Shown here: positions 1-25,590 of the stretch, in pieces
Layout of the letters: each line of letters opens with the position of its first letter
Position numbering within the stretch: position 1 is the first letter of the stretch
Assembly: GCA_028534125.1 (NCBI GenBank)
Contig: CM052817.1
Location: 73,286,001-73,350,000 of the forward strand
Direction: 5' to 3'
DNA length: 64,000 bases
Source of the DNA: Lama glama
Taxonomy: Eukaryota
The notes under the pieces: generated by a model
Database searches by the model: none
What the model saw: the letters and a program-made list of their open reading frames with translations, nothing else
What the model was told of the DNA's origin: nothing
Program-made: the position numbers and the translations under genes

Positions 1-1075
1 GTCACAGGCCTAAAGGCCTGCATACCAACTTATAGCAGCTCCATCCCCAGTGCATCAGAGACAAATAAAAGTCTCTCCACTTGGCTTAACTGTTTCTAAG
101 AAAACCATGTTACAGAAGACGGAGGTTTATTCTTAGGCAAGCCTGCACTGCATTATCATCCCAGGCCTGAGGTTAAGGTTTCCCTCATATACATTTTTGT
201 GTATGTACCTTTAGGGATTCAGTTAAGATGACACAACAAATTCAACAATTCTTTTGAGTAGATATGTATCAGGGACTAAGGATGCATCACTAAGGAAAAC
301 GGACAAAAATCTGATTTCATCAGTCTTATTTTCTAGGAAGGATGAATAAACATTTTATAGTAATCTTAGAAGGTTAAGTGCAATGCAGAAAAATAAGGCA
401 GGGGAGATAAGAGTTATATCTGTCTAGAAATGATTTTAAGACTTCAGCAAGCAAGGGAGCAAGCGATGTTATCTAGGGGTTCAAAAGCCCTCAGCTGAGT
501 TTGCCAGCCGAGTTTTACCCACAGCTAGAAGACCAGTATGGCTAGAGCTGAGGGAGCATGCAAAGTAACTTGAACAAGGAGATTGAAAATTGCTGTCCAA
601 GAAATAAACACAGACAGGAAGTTCATCTTAAAAAGATGGATTCTGCAACTGACCACTAGTAAACAGAAATTAACATTTTAAAAAAGAATCAACTTTATTT
701 TTATTTCATTGGAGGTTTTATTTTAAAATATGAATAACTTTGTGATTTGGTGAAATCTCTTCCTTAATTTTATACCTTGACTTGACTGACAGGTGTAGCT
801 TGGTGAGATATAAATGTAGACAAATTATACCAAAATAATCTGACCCTGCAGTTTTAAGACATTAAGGACAAGTTGTAAATTATGATACACAAAATAGGTT
901 ATTTCATTAAAAAAATAAAAAGCAAAGGGCCAAATGAGAACTGAATGATTAAAAAGAGGCCAATGAAAGTTTCCTTGGCTGATTAGCAAAAATCTCTCTG
1001 GCAGCCAAACTTGAGTCTGCCTACTTCAAACAAGGGCCTATTTTTTTATATTACTAATTATCTGTAGTGATTTAA

Positions 1076-12876
<11,801 letters not shown>

Positions 12877-12988
12877 AAAAATTTTGTTCACCACTTAAGG
12901 TTTCACTGAATGCTTGAACTATTCTTAGAAAATCAATTTTTTTAATGTTAGTAATGCATAGTGAATGTTTTTCTAAAACCTACATTTA

Positions 12989-13187
12989 ATTAAAAGAAAT
13001 ACTTTTGTTCCTTAACTTCTAAATAAGACTTTTTTCTAGAGACAAGTGCATTGTATATCACAGTTTTTCATTAAACATTGTATTTGTTGAAATTATCTGA
13101 TATAAATTAGCCTGAAAGTGATTTAGAAAATACATGTTTTGAATATTATTATTAATTTTGTTGCTTTTCTATTACAAAAATAATAAA
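12989..13187 (+). terminator. Candidate LARP7 polyadenylation signals
   Basis: ATTAAA 12989-12994 and 13070-13075, AATAAA 13182-13187 downstream of the stop; which one is used cannot be read from sequence. Confidence 0.55.
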
Positions 13188-15924
13188 GTATTTGCAAAAA
13201 TAATATTACTACATAAATAGTTCAGGAAGAAAATGTTTAATGGAGAACTATCACTGTACTTATTATTTGGTAGCTTTATTTTTCCATTGTAGATATCTTG
13301 GTTATCTTTTCATGTTGATTTATGCAGAAGACTTATGTGTGATATTTCATTCTGTTTATTGCACCTTGCCTATCTGAGCTTCCATTGAACAGTCCATATG
13401 AACTGTTTCCATTTAAAATGTTGTTTTAAAAGTATGGAGTTTGTTTTCAAATGGCTGCTACGAACACAGGAAAAAAAAAATCTAGAAATCAGCCTTAGGC
13501 ATAACTGAAGTCTATCATTTTATTCAGGAATATCACAGAGTGGCAGAAGGCCTTCCCAGAACTGAACCTCCAGGGCGTGTACATGACTGGCATCTTAATC
13601 TCTCATCAGGATATCAAGAAGGTACTCTGGACAGCCATGGGGTTCATCTCCTTGGCTACAAACCCGTCCCTAGTTCTGTCAGCTTTGTCCAGCAGTTGGA
13701 ATATCATTTGACTGTCCCTTCTATGCACTGTAGGAAGCAAACAATCAAGAATCTATTTGCTTCTATGGGCCAGAGCTTTGAGGAGATTGGCTACGTCACT
13801 GGTTGGGGTGGCAGCAACTTACTACTACCAAAAATAGGTATCCTGGCAAATTGCCACTGACACACTAGTTTTTTTCTCTCCATAAAGGAAAGCTAGCTTA
13901 CACACTCACGGAGGAAAAGAATGATCAATACATAGTTGCTAAACCCTATTAGGAGGATTCTGAGGAAATATGCTCCAGTTGATCCAGAATAATCAAAAGA
14001 GGGTGTATGTTTCAAGAATTCAGTGAATTTCAAGGAGAATTGTCATAAGGTGACTTTGGAGAGGTTATCTAGTAAAATTTCAGAAATTCTCCCTTTGGCA
14101 ATCTATAGAACGAGATAAGCACTCATTCAACAAGTTATCTGTGTTAGACACTGTTATAGTACCTGGAAGACATGAGTGAAGCACATCAGGGATCATTCTC
14201 TACAGGAGAGAGAGACAAACAAAAGTAAGTAAAAAATTACACAATTTGTTAGATAAATCCTAGGGACAATCAAAAAAAAGGTGGTGGAGGAGAAAACCCC
14301 ATTTATTAATCTATGTATTCTTACTTAATCAAGGGAATGCTTATTTATTTACCCCTGCTACATATTAGAGCTGTAAACTATAGACATTAGAGATACCAAG
14401 AAAAGGTAAGAGCTCCTGCCCTTGAGGAATTTACCACTTTTGGGAAGACAGGCAAGTCAACATAAAATTGCAGTACAATGCAAGTGACTTGACAAGTTAA
14501 ACCAGATGATATGAGTTGGGTTCCTGACATCATAATTCTGCATGACCTTTCAAGATCACTAACCTTTCACCCTCTGGGTAAGTGTATTCCTTCCATTATC
14601 CAATAGTTAGCACATAGTAATTGCTTACTAAATATTTGTTTAATTGAGCTAAATTGAACAGTGTACTTGAGGATGGTCCCCAAGGTCATGTGTTGATTTA
14701 GTTGCATAAATGATATTTTCATTTCAAGTTTCTGGTTCTCAATATTCACATTCCTTTTTTTTTTTAAAGTACCTACTTCGGACCTGCCAGTGTGCATGCA
14801 TACCAGTGGAGTTTGCTTCCTTTAACTGCAACACTTAATTTTATATAAGCACCTTGCTCAATATCACTTTCACGTATGCTGTACACCAGAAATTGATACA
14901 ACATTATAAACGGACTATACTGCAATAAATATATGTGTGTGTGTATGTATATATATATATACATATATATACCTAAATGAATAAATAAATGCCAGAGCAA
15001 TGAAAAAAAAATCACTTTCACAAGGAAAACCTCATCTCAATGAAGTAGGTACCATTGTTATCACTACTTTAAAAATGAAGAAACTGAAGCACTTGCCCAA
15101 GGTCATAATAGTTAGCTAGTTTAGGAATTAAACTCAGTTCTCTTACTGTAAAGACCACGCATTTAATGATTAGGACACCTCCCTTTCTCCTCACCAGTCC
15201 CTGCTTCCTTCCTTTCTGCCTTCCTTATTTCCATCTTTCCAACCAATGCTTTGCACCTCACAGTAGAGATGCACTGCAGTTTATATAACTGTGCTTTTGC
15301 TGGACTTGTAGTTGTCTGCTCTATTTTACTACTAAAAGCAATGCTGCAGTGAACATCATATCCTCCACCTTTGTTGATGTGTGTGTGTGTCTGCAGAACA
15401 GATTTCTGAAATAGCAATTCTGGAGCAGATACATTTTATATAGCGTGTCTGAAAGAGTCCAAAAATGCTGTAGAAATTTTTACTGCCAACAACAATTAGT
15501 ACATTCCTCTAAATACTTTCTCTCATTCAACCTCTTACCTTTCATCTTGGTTTAAAGGACAGTTGTTGTATAGGTATTTTATATTTTTATAAGGCTATAT
15601 CTTTTAATCTGCTTTTAACAGAAAATCATTTCCTAGTCTGGAACCTGTGAATCCTATCTGTACTTCACTTCTTGTTTTTTTATGTCTGGAAGATTGAGAT
15701 TTAAGCAGAGATCATTCTTGAGTTAGCATGAGTGACTCTGTTCTTTGCAGCCAAATATAACCTTAATACCATTTAAAAAAAAAATCACATCTTTTTAAAT
15801 GCCTTAAGAAGCTTATAGAAAAGCAGTTGGAGTGAAAAACTAGGAAAGAGTCAACATGATCACTTGTACTTAGTCCCCACTTGTCTGTTGACTTTCTTAA
15901 TGATACTGCACAAATAAGACTGCC

Positions 15925-16035
15925 TTATTCATACACAAGTCGTGCCTTGGCATCAGCATTTGCATAGATTACAATATGAATGGTGTTCTTGGATTTGTGC
16001 AGTGCACAATCTGCACACCATACATGGCAGCTCAG
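15925..16035. mobile_element. MER91-like hAT remnant
   Basis: catagattacaatatgaatgg...tgtgcagtgcacaatctgcaca motif. Confidence 0.5.
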
Positions 16036-16966
16036 TACACAAGGGTGTTTAGCTTTTTGTATTTTGTATTTGAGAGAATTCTTCCACTACTGAAGGAAAC
16101 AAAACAAACTAACATTCTTATAAATCCTTGCAAGTAGTACAGGTCTGTGATGATCCAAACCTAGAGGTATGATTTGTGTTATAGACCAGATCATCATCTA
16201 AGTAGAGACTTCAGGAACAAGAATTAGAATAGGGATCTGTAAATGTGGTCTGTCTCCCAGAGATTTTCAGCCATTATAGGACAGTGCTTTTCATGATTAA
16301 TCATTCTGTAGCAATACTTAAAGCCATAATTATAACTATTTCAAGGTTATGGAATATAGTTTTAAGTTACTGGAAGGCTTTAGATTTGCTTTATCTTGAC
16401 TGAGCAGGTCTTGGTCTTAAGAAAAGTGTTTTTGTTTTTAATCCTACAAACCAATGAGTAAAAGTTAAACAACTTAATAGAAAAATAGATGAGGAAGGAG
16501 AAGTATAAATGGCCAATAACCTAATAAACAGACCTATAAACTCATTAGTAACCAAAAAATGCAAATGAAAATAAAATGAGGTGCCCTGCCATTTTATGGG
16601 TCAATTAGATTAATGAAAATAAAAAAGATTAGTATTATCCAGTGTGGTCAGGAGTAGGGTAAAGGAGTAACATAATACAGTGTTTTGTGAATTGATAGAA
16701 CTTTACCACTATGCACCTGGAATCCACAGTAGTATTTACAGTAATAGTTTATGTTGATGAACAGTTACTAAAAGAATCAACTGACAATATCAACATGCTT
16801 ATATCCCTACAATGGGCTTAGCTGATGCCAGGAAAAGAAAAGGCTATTTTATGCCTTGAATCCATTTGATAAGCCTCTTGCTTTGTTATCTTTTCACTGG
16901 AATAGATCTAGATTTGTATTTCCATGAGTTTCTAGTGGCATGAATAAATAAAAATTGTTAGGAGTT

Positions 16967-17079
16967 GGGGGGAGGCTGTAGCTCACTGGTAGAGTGTATG
17001 CTTAACATGTGTGAGGTCCTAGGTTCAATCCCCAGGACCCCTATTTAAAAATAAATAAACCTAATTACCCCTTCCCCCT
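16967..17079 (+). mobile_element. tRNA-derived SINE (vic-1-like)
   Basis: A box TAGCTCAnTGG, B box GGTTCAATCC, tail aataaacctaattacc shared with other copies. Confidence 0.9.
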
Positions 17080-17520
17080 CAGGATTTAAGGAGTTTTTAT
17101 TTTCCTGTATTTGAAGAACATTTCATGGAATTAATGAAGTAACCTTTCAAACACACACCTGCCTAATCCTTATTTTAATATAAAATGATATGTACCAAAA
17201 TAGGATGGACATTTAAAAATTAAACTTCATATCTTGTAGGGTAACTAGTGAATTCATTATTCAAGTAATAAATTACATTTTGAACTGAGTTTGGAAAAGA
17301 ATAATGTGCATCTTACAGTACTTTACCTAAAGTATTACAAAATCCATTATTTCTATTGCAATATAAATCTCAGCTCACAAACTAAAATGTGCAAGAAATA
17401 GAACTTTATTTTCCTATAATTCAACTCTATTTCAAGTCCCACATCCCACAAAGTTTCATAATCTCAATCACTTTAGTGTTCTGTCCTTTTCTCTTAGTGT
17501 TTAGTCAAAATTCTGGAGGC

Positions 17521-17777
17521 TTATAGAATACCAAGTTGAGGGGACCCATTTGTCTCCAGAAATATATCTGAGAATGCCACTGTCCCAATTATGAAATCCC
17601 AAGTCTTGAATTCACTCCAGGTGCATAGGTATTCCTGTATCCCTGGCCCATGTAGTTCTCATGCTACTTCTTGGCCATGAGTAGGACAGAAGAATAACTC
17701 CAGAGCTTTTGTGCTGTAATGGAACTTGCCCGGCTCATGAACTGAACACTCAGTGATGCTGATACTCTTCTCTTCAC
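17521..17777 (-). pseudogene. Relic terminal exon
   Basis: gatag|GT, phase 1, 85 codons with one internal TGA (17661-17659): SEEKSISITECSVHEPGKFHYSTKALELFFCPTHGQEVA*ELHGPGIQEYLCTWSEFKTWDFIIGTVAFSDIFLETNGSPQLGIL*; AATAAA at 17410-17405. Confidence 0.6.
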
Positions 17778-17829
17778 CTATCAATCAGAGTAAGGACCCA
17801 GCAACGTATTTACAGAATAAATGCGAGAA

Positions 17830-18250
17830 CAAATGAGAAAGAAATTACATTATTTGCGATTTTTTTTGGTTGTAAGAAACAAATTAACGCCATGACATTA
17901 AGCAAAGGAAACGTTATTGTAAGAATACAGGGGAGGTACATGAAATCTGAGGAAGAAATAGGTGAATAATAAAGCCTCAAGAAGTGCAGAAGCCCAGGCA
18001 GTCTGGACAGTCAGAGTTTTTAGAGAGGCTGCTTGACGTCGCTGTGCAGCTGACTCAAGCAATGCTGTGTGGGCTCATGGACTCTCACTTCAAAATCTCC
18101 AGTTCCCAGGAGGCAGCCTGACGGACCAAGTCTGAGTCAAATGCATACTTAGACTGGTCATTTGTGGCCAGAGGAATAGATTTTATGAATACTAACTCTA
18201 GGACTACGGGTTTGGAAGTATTTCTTAAAGAGGACAAAAGTTGTTAGCGG
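17830..18250. mobile_element. Old MaLR (MLT1-like) LTR
   Basis: ttggttgtaagaaacaaa start and ggtcatttgtggccagagg motif typical of MLT1J/K-type LTRs. Confidence 0.45.
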
Positions 18251-19229
18251 AACATTCACTCCACTAATTCTTTTATAGTAGAGTTAAAAGAACAGCACAT
18301 ATAAAAATACTAAATTTGGAACTTGCCTGGCATGTCTGGGACATAGCGAAGAATCTCAGCAGCTGAAGAAGGTTAGGAAAAAGTAGGAAAAGATAAAGAA
18401 TGGGATAGGTTGATAAGGATCAGTCTATAGAAATGTTCTGAATGTCAGACTTGGGGGTTTTCCCTGGAGGCAATTGAAGATTCTAAACAAGGGAAAGATA
18501 TCATGAAACACCAGTCTAACAGAACCAACATCAATATGTCAACTCTTTGAAGTGAGGAAGGAAAAACCAGGTATCAGTGAAACATGATTTGAAAACGACT
18601 AGAAATTTCAGACATGAAAAAATGGAGTTCAGTGAAAATGGAAAGCGTATTATGAATGCAAGTCCTAGGTCCAAGGAAAAGCTTACAATCCTTGGTGATG
18701 TAAATGTTGATGGAAGTGGAAGAGCCAAAGCCTGAGATTTTAGGCTGGATGGCAGAGCATAGCAATTGATTTAAAAAAAAAAAAAGGTTAAGATGAGAGT
18801 TGATTTTTAAGACGTAGACTGGTAGGGTGGGGGTATGATTGTTAGGTTTTTAATATGTGCTATTTGGGGGTGAAATTCTAAGTGAAAATGTCCTACAGAC
18901 TGTTGGACAAATAGGAACTGTGATCAGATAATATCAAGAGGCCAAATCCAGGAACTTGGATTCCCCCATATAGCTGTACTGTTGAAGCTATGATGCTAGA
19001 ATAGTACTCTGGAGAAGACAGTGTAAGGTTACATGCATCAATCATATATTTGTAACTATTATATATTTAGTCATTTAAATATGCAAAGCACAAAGCTAGA
19101 ACTCAATAAAAGTAACTCAAGTAATCATTGCTGCAAAAAGGATCAGTGTTTCACAAGCAGCAATTTCACTAACAACTAACTCTTTTCAACTTACTGAAAT
19201 ACAACATGGGTGCTGAAAACTGTACATTA

Positions 19230-19358
19230 TTTTGGGGGTGGGGGATGGAGGGGGAAATAATTAGGTTTATTTATTTTTTTAATAGAGGTACTGGGGATTA
19301 AATCCAGGACCTCGTGAATGCTAGGCACGTGCTCTACCACTGAGCTATACCCTTCCCC
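19230..19358 (-). mobile_element. tRNA-derived SINE (vic-1-like)
   Basis: Reverse complement of family consensus; flanking CTGAAAACT repeat. Confidence 0.9.
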
Positions 19359-19997
19359 TGAAAACTACTTTAAAGCTTAGTAAAAATCAATGACACTTTA
19401 CAAAAGGAACACACTTGGGTAACTAACATCCAAATCAAGAAACAGATAAGCAACCTAGGAACCCCTCTTCCAGTCCCTTCACCAAGGGAGGACTCTTAGC
19501 AAAGATTAGTTTCACCTGAATTTGTGCCGTATCTAAACAGAATCAAACATTTAGATGTTCTTTTGTCACTGGTTTAGTCATTCCAGGATTGTTTCTAAAA
19601 GAAAAATTCAAAATCATCAAAAAGAAACTAGTTTATATTATAGTACATTTATACAAGTGAATACTGTAGCAATTAAGATTGAAATGGAGAAAAGATGTTG
19701 CAAACCAGTAATAGAGTATGAGTCCATCCATCTGGGTAAACATATTAAAGACAGTATGTCTCCTTTTAAAAAGCATATATCATATATGTACTGTTACATA
19801 CACTAAACACATGCTAGAATAACTCACAGGAAATTGATCATAGTAATCCCTTTCATGAAGAACTGAAGTAGTGACAAATACTTTTAAATTTTATGTCTTT
19901 CTGTCCTATTTGCATATTTTAATAAACAGGAGTTGCTTGTATATAATTTTTAAAATATGAATAGAAAGTTAAAGAACTCTCCAAAAACAAACCTTAC

Positions 19998-20189
19998 TTT
20001 TAATACGAGAACACTTCTTGACAACTGTACAATAAGACACTGGCCCTTGAACTTAAATTGTACTGTTAGAAAATGTCTGAAAATTCTAGGAGGAAATGGT
20101 GACCCACTTAAAATTGTTTATTTAAACTGTTAAAATTGTTGGTTTAAACTTTGAATCAGGCCATTTTCACAGTCATCATTTTCAAGCTC
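19998..20189 (-). pseudogene. Relic exon with internal 22-bp duplication
   Basis: ttttattctag| ... AAA|gtaagg; ends VQGPVSYCTVVKKCSRIK in phase 1, matching the terminal exon. Confidence 0.5.
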
Positions 20190-20978
20190 CTAGAATAAAA
20201 TTGGACTGATAATTAGTATGCATATCTATTACTCAGGAAATCCAAACAGTTTTAAAAGAAAGTAATGGAAAAAACAAAAAGAAGAGAATGTTTGTGAGCT
20301 TTAGCTGCTATTACTAAGGAAACCAACTTTATTTGCCCTGTCTCTAGATAAAAAAAAAAAAAAGGCAAAAGAGTTTGATAAAGGATAAGGAAGACTAAAT
20401 AAAGGAATGAAGATATATTTATTTTTAAATTATCTCAAGTAATGAAAAATAACTTTAAGTGTTTTAGTAAAAAAATTTTCCCATTGCTTTATTTCAGTTA
20501 TATAAATAACACAAAATCTGAGGAAAAAATTAGAAAATAGGTAAGAAAAAAAGAAAAGGGAGTCATCAAAATTGTATACATGTTGTTACACTGTTTTATA
20601 ACTTCCTATTTTTACTGAATAGTCTACTGAAAAGGTTTTCTGTCAGAAAATATCTTGAAGTCAGGCTTTTAATCTGCAAAATAGAGATAGTAATATCTAC
20701 CATCTAGCACATGCCTGCAATGTGGTAATCATTTATCAAATCTCTCAAACCTAGCATCATTGTTTTTAATAGCTATCTGGTATACCATTGTCTAGTTTTT
20801 ATTGTAAGTATCTGCGTGTGCTTAGGATAAATTCGTAGAGGCACTGATGGCAGGCAAGAGGTAGAGTACAGAGGAGGTGGTCCATGAATTCTTAAGTAAA
20901 GGCCTGCTATTTCTAAAAGTTCTTTATGCTCCTCCTGTGAACTAAACATGCCTTGAGCCAGGCATGTCAGGAAACTAC

Positions 20979-21266
20979 CTTGCTCCTATGACTGTGACTG
21001 ATAGGCCAGAGCCAAAGGCACACAGGTGTGGGCTGACTTGGAGGAACCCAGTCCCGTCCAGTCGGTGTATTACTGGATCCAGCATCATCTTCTCTCTTGG
21101 ATGGTAGGTTGATAAGGAGCAAGCTGAACTCCTGGGTTGTTCTCCCACAGAACTGTTTTCATCACAGGCTTGACTGGAATGGCTAATGAGCTGACATCTA
21201 TGTCATATTCTGAAATAATCTGGGTATGTCTGTCTCCTACCACTTTTAAAGAAACTAACCTTCCAC
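20979..21266 (-). pseudogene. Relic exon
   Basis: Strong acceptor tttctcttcttttgttttgaag|, 59 open codons GRLVSLKVVGDRHTQIISEYDIDVSSLAIPVKPVMKTVLWENNPG..., donor AAG|gtagtt. Confidence 0.55.
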
Positions 21267-21547
21267 CTTCAAAACAAAAGAAGAGAAACTGGAAGAAAGA
21301 AACACCTTAATTAGACATTTCTAAGAAACTTTAGGCTTTTCTTGGTTCTGAATATGCCTGTCCTGCTTCTGAGCACCAGCTGAACTCACTATCTATGCCA
21401 GCATGAATATTCATACATGCTGTTTCTTCCCAAAATTGTGTTCATTGTTTTAGTAATCTGATTAAAAACACTGCCTTTCTAAGAGTAAGCTGTCTGCAAA
21501 CTTCAGACCACATTATGCTATTCACTTGCATTCCCCACTGATCCTAC

Positions 21548-21831
21548 CTAGGATCTAGCCTTCAGGACTGTCCTCTGCTTCTATGGGCATATTTTGGTTT
21601 GGATGCATCAGGCATTAGTCTCAGGCTTAGTATATCATATATCAGATTTTTGTAGATTACTTTTAAAGAAGAAAGGCTGACCTCAGTAAATGTTGTTGAA
21701 TTAATAGATTTACTAGCTAAACAGAAGACCATATTCTGTATTACACATTTATCCTCTTTAACCAGAAATTGTCGAACTTGGTTCAAGGCAGCCTGGAAGT
21801 TATTACCCTATCCATATTTGATTATGAGTAT
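21548..21831 (-). pseudogene. Relic exon
   Basis: ccctctcacag|, 89 codons with one TAG: ILIIKYG*GNNFQAALNQVRQFLVKEDKCVIQNMVFCLASK..., donor TAG|gtagga. Confidence 0.55.
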
Positions 21832-22119
21832 CTGTGAGAGGGGCTTAATTTATGTACAGTGTATTTAATTCTACATAATATGTGGTGACTCTTTCTGATT
21901 ATAAAATAAATATAGCTAAGTGAAAAAATAAGTTCAAGAGCAGAATGATCCCACTCTTGTAAAATAATTATACACATACATGTAGATTTAAAATTTGTAT
22001 ATGCGTATAAAAATATAGACAAATATCAACCAAACTGTTAACACAGATTATGCAGAATGGGGTGGGATATGGATTTTCACTTTTTATTTTATATATTTCT
22101 GTATTAATTAATAATAAAA

Positions 22120-22310
22120 GTGAATACTCACAGCTGTTACCTCTGCCAGGCACTGTTATAAGCACTATGCATTTATTCACTCCTAACAATCCTATGAGAT
22201 GAATACATTTTACATGTGAGGAAGCAGGATCAGAAAAAGTCACATGCTTGTCCATGGCCACACAGCTAGTAAATGGCAGAGCTGGGATTTCAAACCAGGT
22301 TTCTTCAGTG
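22120..22310 (-). mobile_element. MIR SINE
   Basis: cacacagctagtaaatggcagagctgggatttcaaacc core. Confidence 0.8.
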
Positions 22311-22345
22311 CCTAGATGTATAGGAAGCATCAAAAAAGATGTTGG

Positions 22346-22620
22346 TTATGGTTACTGAGAGGGAAAGGAGGGGTGGTAGAGGGATAAATAGGGAGTTTGG
22401 GATTTGCAGATACTATTTATAAAATAGATAAACAACAAGGTCCCACTGTATAATACAGGAAACTATTCAATACCTTGTAATAGCCTATAATGAAAAAATA
22501 TGAAAAGGAATATATATATATGTATATCTATTCTGATAGATATACATGTCTGAACCACTGTGTTGTACACCAAAAATTAACACAATATTGTAAACTGACT
22601 ATATTACTATTAAAAAAAAA
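22346..22620 (+). mobile_element. 5'-truncated L1 3' end
   Basis: gggataaatagggagtttgggatttgcagatac... poly(A); TSD aaaaaagat(at)gttggt. Confidence 0.85.
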
Positions 22621-22750
22621 AGATATGTTGGTCATTTCAATATATGCACAAAAAGAATTTACCAAAATGCAACATCTTTTCACAAAAGAACTGTCAACAA
22701 ATTGGATATAGAAGGATGTATATCAACATAATAAAGAAGAAACACTAAAA

Positions 22751-22875
22751 GGGGAGGGTATAACTCAAGTGGTAGAGCACATGCTTAGCATGCACAAGGT
22801 CCTGGGACCTCCTCTAAAATAATTAAACCTAATTACCTCCCCCGCCCAAAATATAATTAATTAATGTTTAAAAAG
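22751..22875 (+). mobile_element. tRNA-derived SINE lacking B box
   Basis: TSD AAGAAGAAACACTAA at 22734-22748 and 22876-22890. Confidence 0.9.
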
Positions 22876-22965
22876 AAGAAGAAACACTAAGAGTCAAGTT
22901 TATCTAGGGAAAAAAATTCCCCAGGAAAACTCATTCTTTAACCTTAACAGAGCCAATTTTCCCAC

Positions 22966-23762
22966 CACTATTAGAAGCAGTCCATGTTCCTTCAAGACGT
23001 CCCCAGTGTACATGAGGGTCATGTCATATGACAAATGAATCTTGAAATGCTAAAACACACTCAAGTCTAGTCCCATGTTCACACTCAGAGAGGAATGTGG
23101 AAAAAGAAACCAAGGAAGAGCATATTACCATTTCCCAATTAAGTAGACTTTCCCATACCAATTACATTGTTACCACACTCTCTTTCTTCCTGTCCCCCTC
23201 CTGCCTTTCCTGCACTCCCCCTCCTTTTCTCCCTCTCTCCTTTCTGAGCTTGTTTGTTATTTAAGGTTAATGTACATATTTTCTGACTCTACCATAGTTG
23301 GTGGTTCCATAGGACCACAAGAGGAACTGAAATAGCAGGAACAGAGAAGAAAATACAAAAATGATATGCATCTTCTGGCAAGGAATCTACCTAGCGATTT
23401 CCTTTGTTTTATATCAAGTAGGAAATCCCTACACTTCTTTTCTCACTATCCCAATGATTTACTCTCATTTCTCAATACTGAACACAGTTTCGGCAAAAAG
23501 TTAGTGCTGACCCTTTAAGCGTGTTGAATGAAACCCATGGGTTCTGTTTTTCAATACTTTGCTCTCTCCAGGTCTGAGAGTCCTGGACAGATATGGAAAA
23601 GCTTCTCTTTGAAATCATCACTTCCTAGGCTATCAAGTCTTGACAAAAATTTCTACCCCGATTTATTATTCATCAAATCTGCTCTTGGTTTAAATTCACC
23701 ACAATATCCTCAAGTCATGTGGACCCCAGAGTGAACAATTATAGCTCAATTACAGATGGTTT
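22966..23762 (-). pseudogene. Three relic exons (23762-23391, 23326-23293, 23083-22966)
   Basis: Joined frame ...KCRDFLLDIKQRKSL|VPLVVLWNHQLC|VNMGLDLSVF*HFKIHLSYDMTLMYTGDVLKEHGLLLIV| enters the 21831 exon in its open phase; one intron is only 64 nt and the frame in the large exon is ambiguous. Confidence 0.4.
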
Positions 23763-23876
23763 CTTAGACATGTAGAATATCAAAATTTTAAAAAAATCAA
23801 GATTAGTAGTGAACAGTATAGCATCACATTTTTCTTTTGTTCAATGTCTTTGACATATTCAAAATATCAAGGTTTT

Positions 23877-24050
23877 AATTTTTATTTATTTTTTATTGAG
23901 GTACCATTAGTTACAATGTGTCAGTTTCTGATGTACAGCACAAAGTCCCAGTCATGCATATAGATACATATATTTGTTTTTGTATTTTTTCATTAAAGAT
24001 GATTACAAAATATTGAACATAGTTCCCTGTGCTATACAGCAGAAACTTTT
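23877..24050 (-). mobile_element. L1 3' fragment
   Basis: ttttattgag...ttccctgtgctatacag; TSD aatatcaag(g/t)tttt. Confidence 0.8.
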
Positions 24051-25399
24051 TTTTTAATATCAAGTTTTTAAGAGCTATTTTCAGCCTTGTTATTGCTCCA
24101 GTTAAAAAGACAGTGAAATTCAAGTCTAGATGCAGTTGAATTAAATGAAGCTGACAGTGTTTGCAAAGGACATAGCAAGCAAGGATTTCACTGGTTAGAC
24201 TAAGGTTAAGTGGTACAGCCTTCACAGCTCAATGCAAGTGGAGTTTCAGAAATGTAGTTCAGAAATACAGTGTTAGGATTAGTTCAGAAAAGCCTAAACT
24301 ACTTTTGCATGATAGAACTTGGTATTAGAGGTTATTTTTCCCAGCACAGATGTACATTAGAATTATTTTACACTCTGATGCTGGGAGAAATAGGGCAGAG
24401 AGTTGGTAAAGCACATTAAGTATACACACAACAGGAGAAAGACATAATAAAGCAAGTAATTATTATATGTTTCACTCACAATTCCTGCTTTGAATGGCTT
24501 ATGTTGCCAACAATATAAAGACATAGACTTTACATCTATAACAGTATTCATGTTGGATGTCAACCTTTTTTTTTTTATTGTTATCATAACACTGCCTCAT
24601 TGTAAATCTACCAGGATTCCCTGTTTACTGGTTACCATCTCTCTCAGTTTAGCATTCTGGGCTCACTGTCAACTCTCCAACCTCCACTTTTATTATTCCC
24701 TAACATGACCTTCTTCTTGAGCCAAGTTAATTGGCAGATAGCACCCAGCATATGACTTGCTAGTTCCCCTCTTTTGGCCCTTGGAAAGGCCATTCTCTAA
24801 ACCTGGAATGGCTTTCCCACTCTCTGCCAGTCCATATCCATCACTTCCGCTCAATGCTGATCCAAAACTTAACTTTCTTCAAGGAGCCTTCCCATTCTGA
24901 TCACTTCTTTACTGCATATTCCCTAATCACTTAAGCTCTGTGGTGCTTACTAATTTCCTTAAATTACTTCATATGACTGTTGTCTCTACAGAACTGGGAC
25001 TGATTCTTTGTTTCTTTGTTATTTGAGTTGAATTTAGCACATGGCAGCACTCAATGCTGTTTTCTGCAGGAGATTCTAATGCTATGCCACTGTAACAAAA
25101 ATCAGAGTTAGTTGTTTTCCATTTTTAAGCCACTGAAAAGAAAACACACAGAAAGATTGTAAAGCATAAAAATGGTAAGCTTATTGGCTAAACTGATAAA
25201 TGGAAGTGTGTACATAAACCAAGTGAAAAAGAAGCAGTGGCCTCAAATCTTTGATAGATAAAGGTAAAGCATAAATAAATAAAAAATAAAAATCATATCA
25301 CAAAATTAGTACATACACACTGATTTCAACTCAGTAAAATATTATGTACATTTACTTCATACAATGTAAATAGTATTAGAGATTAATTTTTATCTAAAT

Positions 25400-25590
25400 T
25401 TATTTTTAAATTGAGGAATAGTTGATTTATAATATTTTATTAGTTTCAGGTGTATAGCAAAGTGATTTAGTATTTTTGTAGATTATACTCCATTTAAAAT
25501 CATTACAAAATAATGGCTATATTTCCCTGTGCTATACAATATGTCTTTATTATTTATTTCTTTTATACATAAAAATTTGTATCTCTTTGT
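25400..25590 (-). mobile_element. L1 3' fragment
   Basis: atagttgatttataatatt...tttccctgtgctatacaa. Confidence 0.75.

Noticed and set aside
13540..13860. 106-aa ORF downstream of LARP7
   Set aside because: GTG start, no recognisable protein or splice context; probably an old LTR remnant or chance
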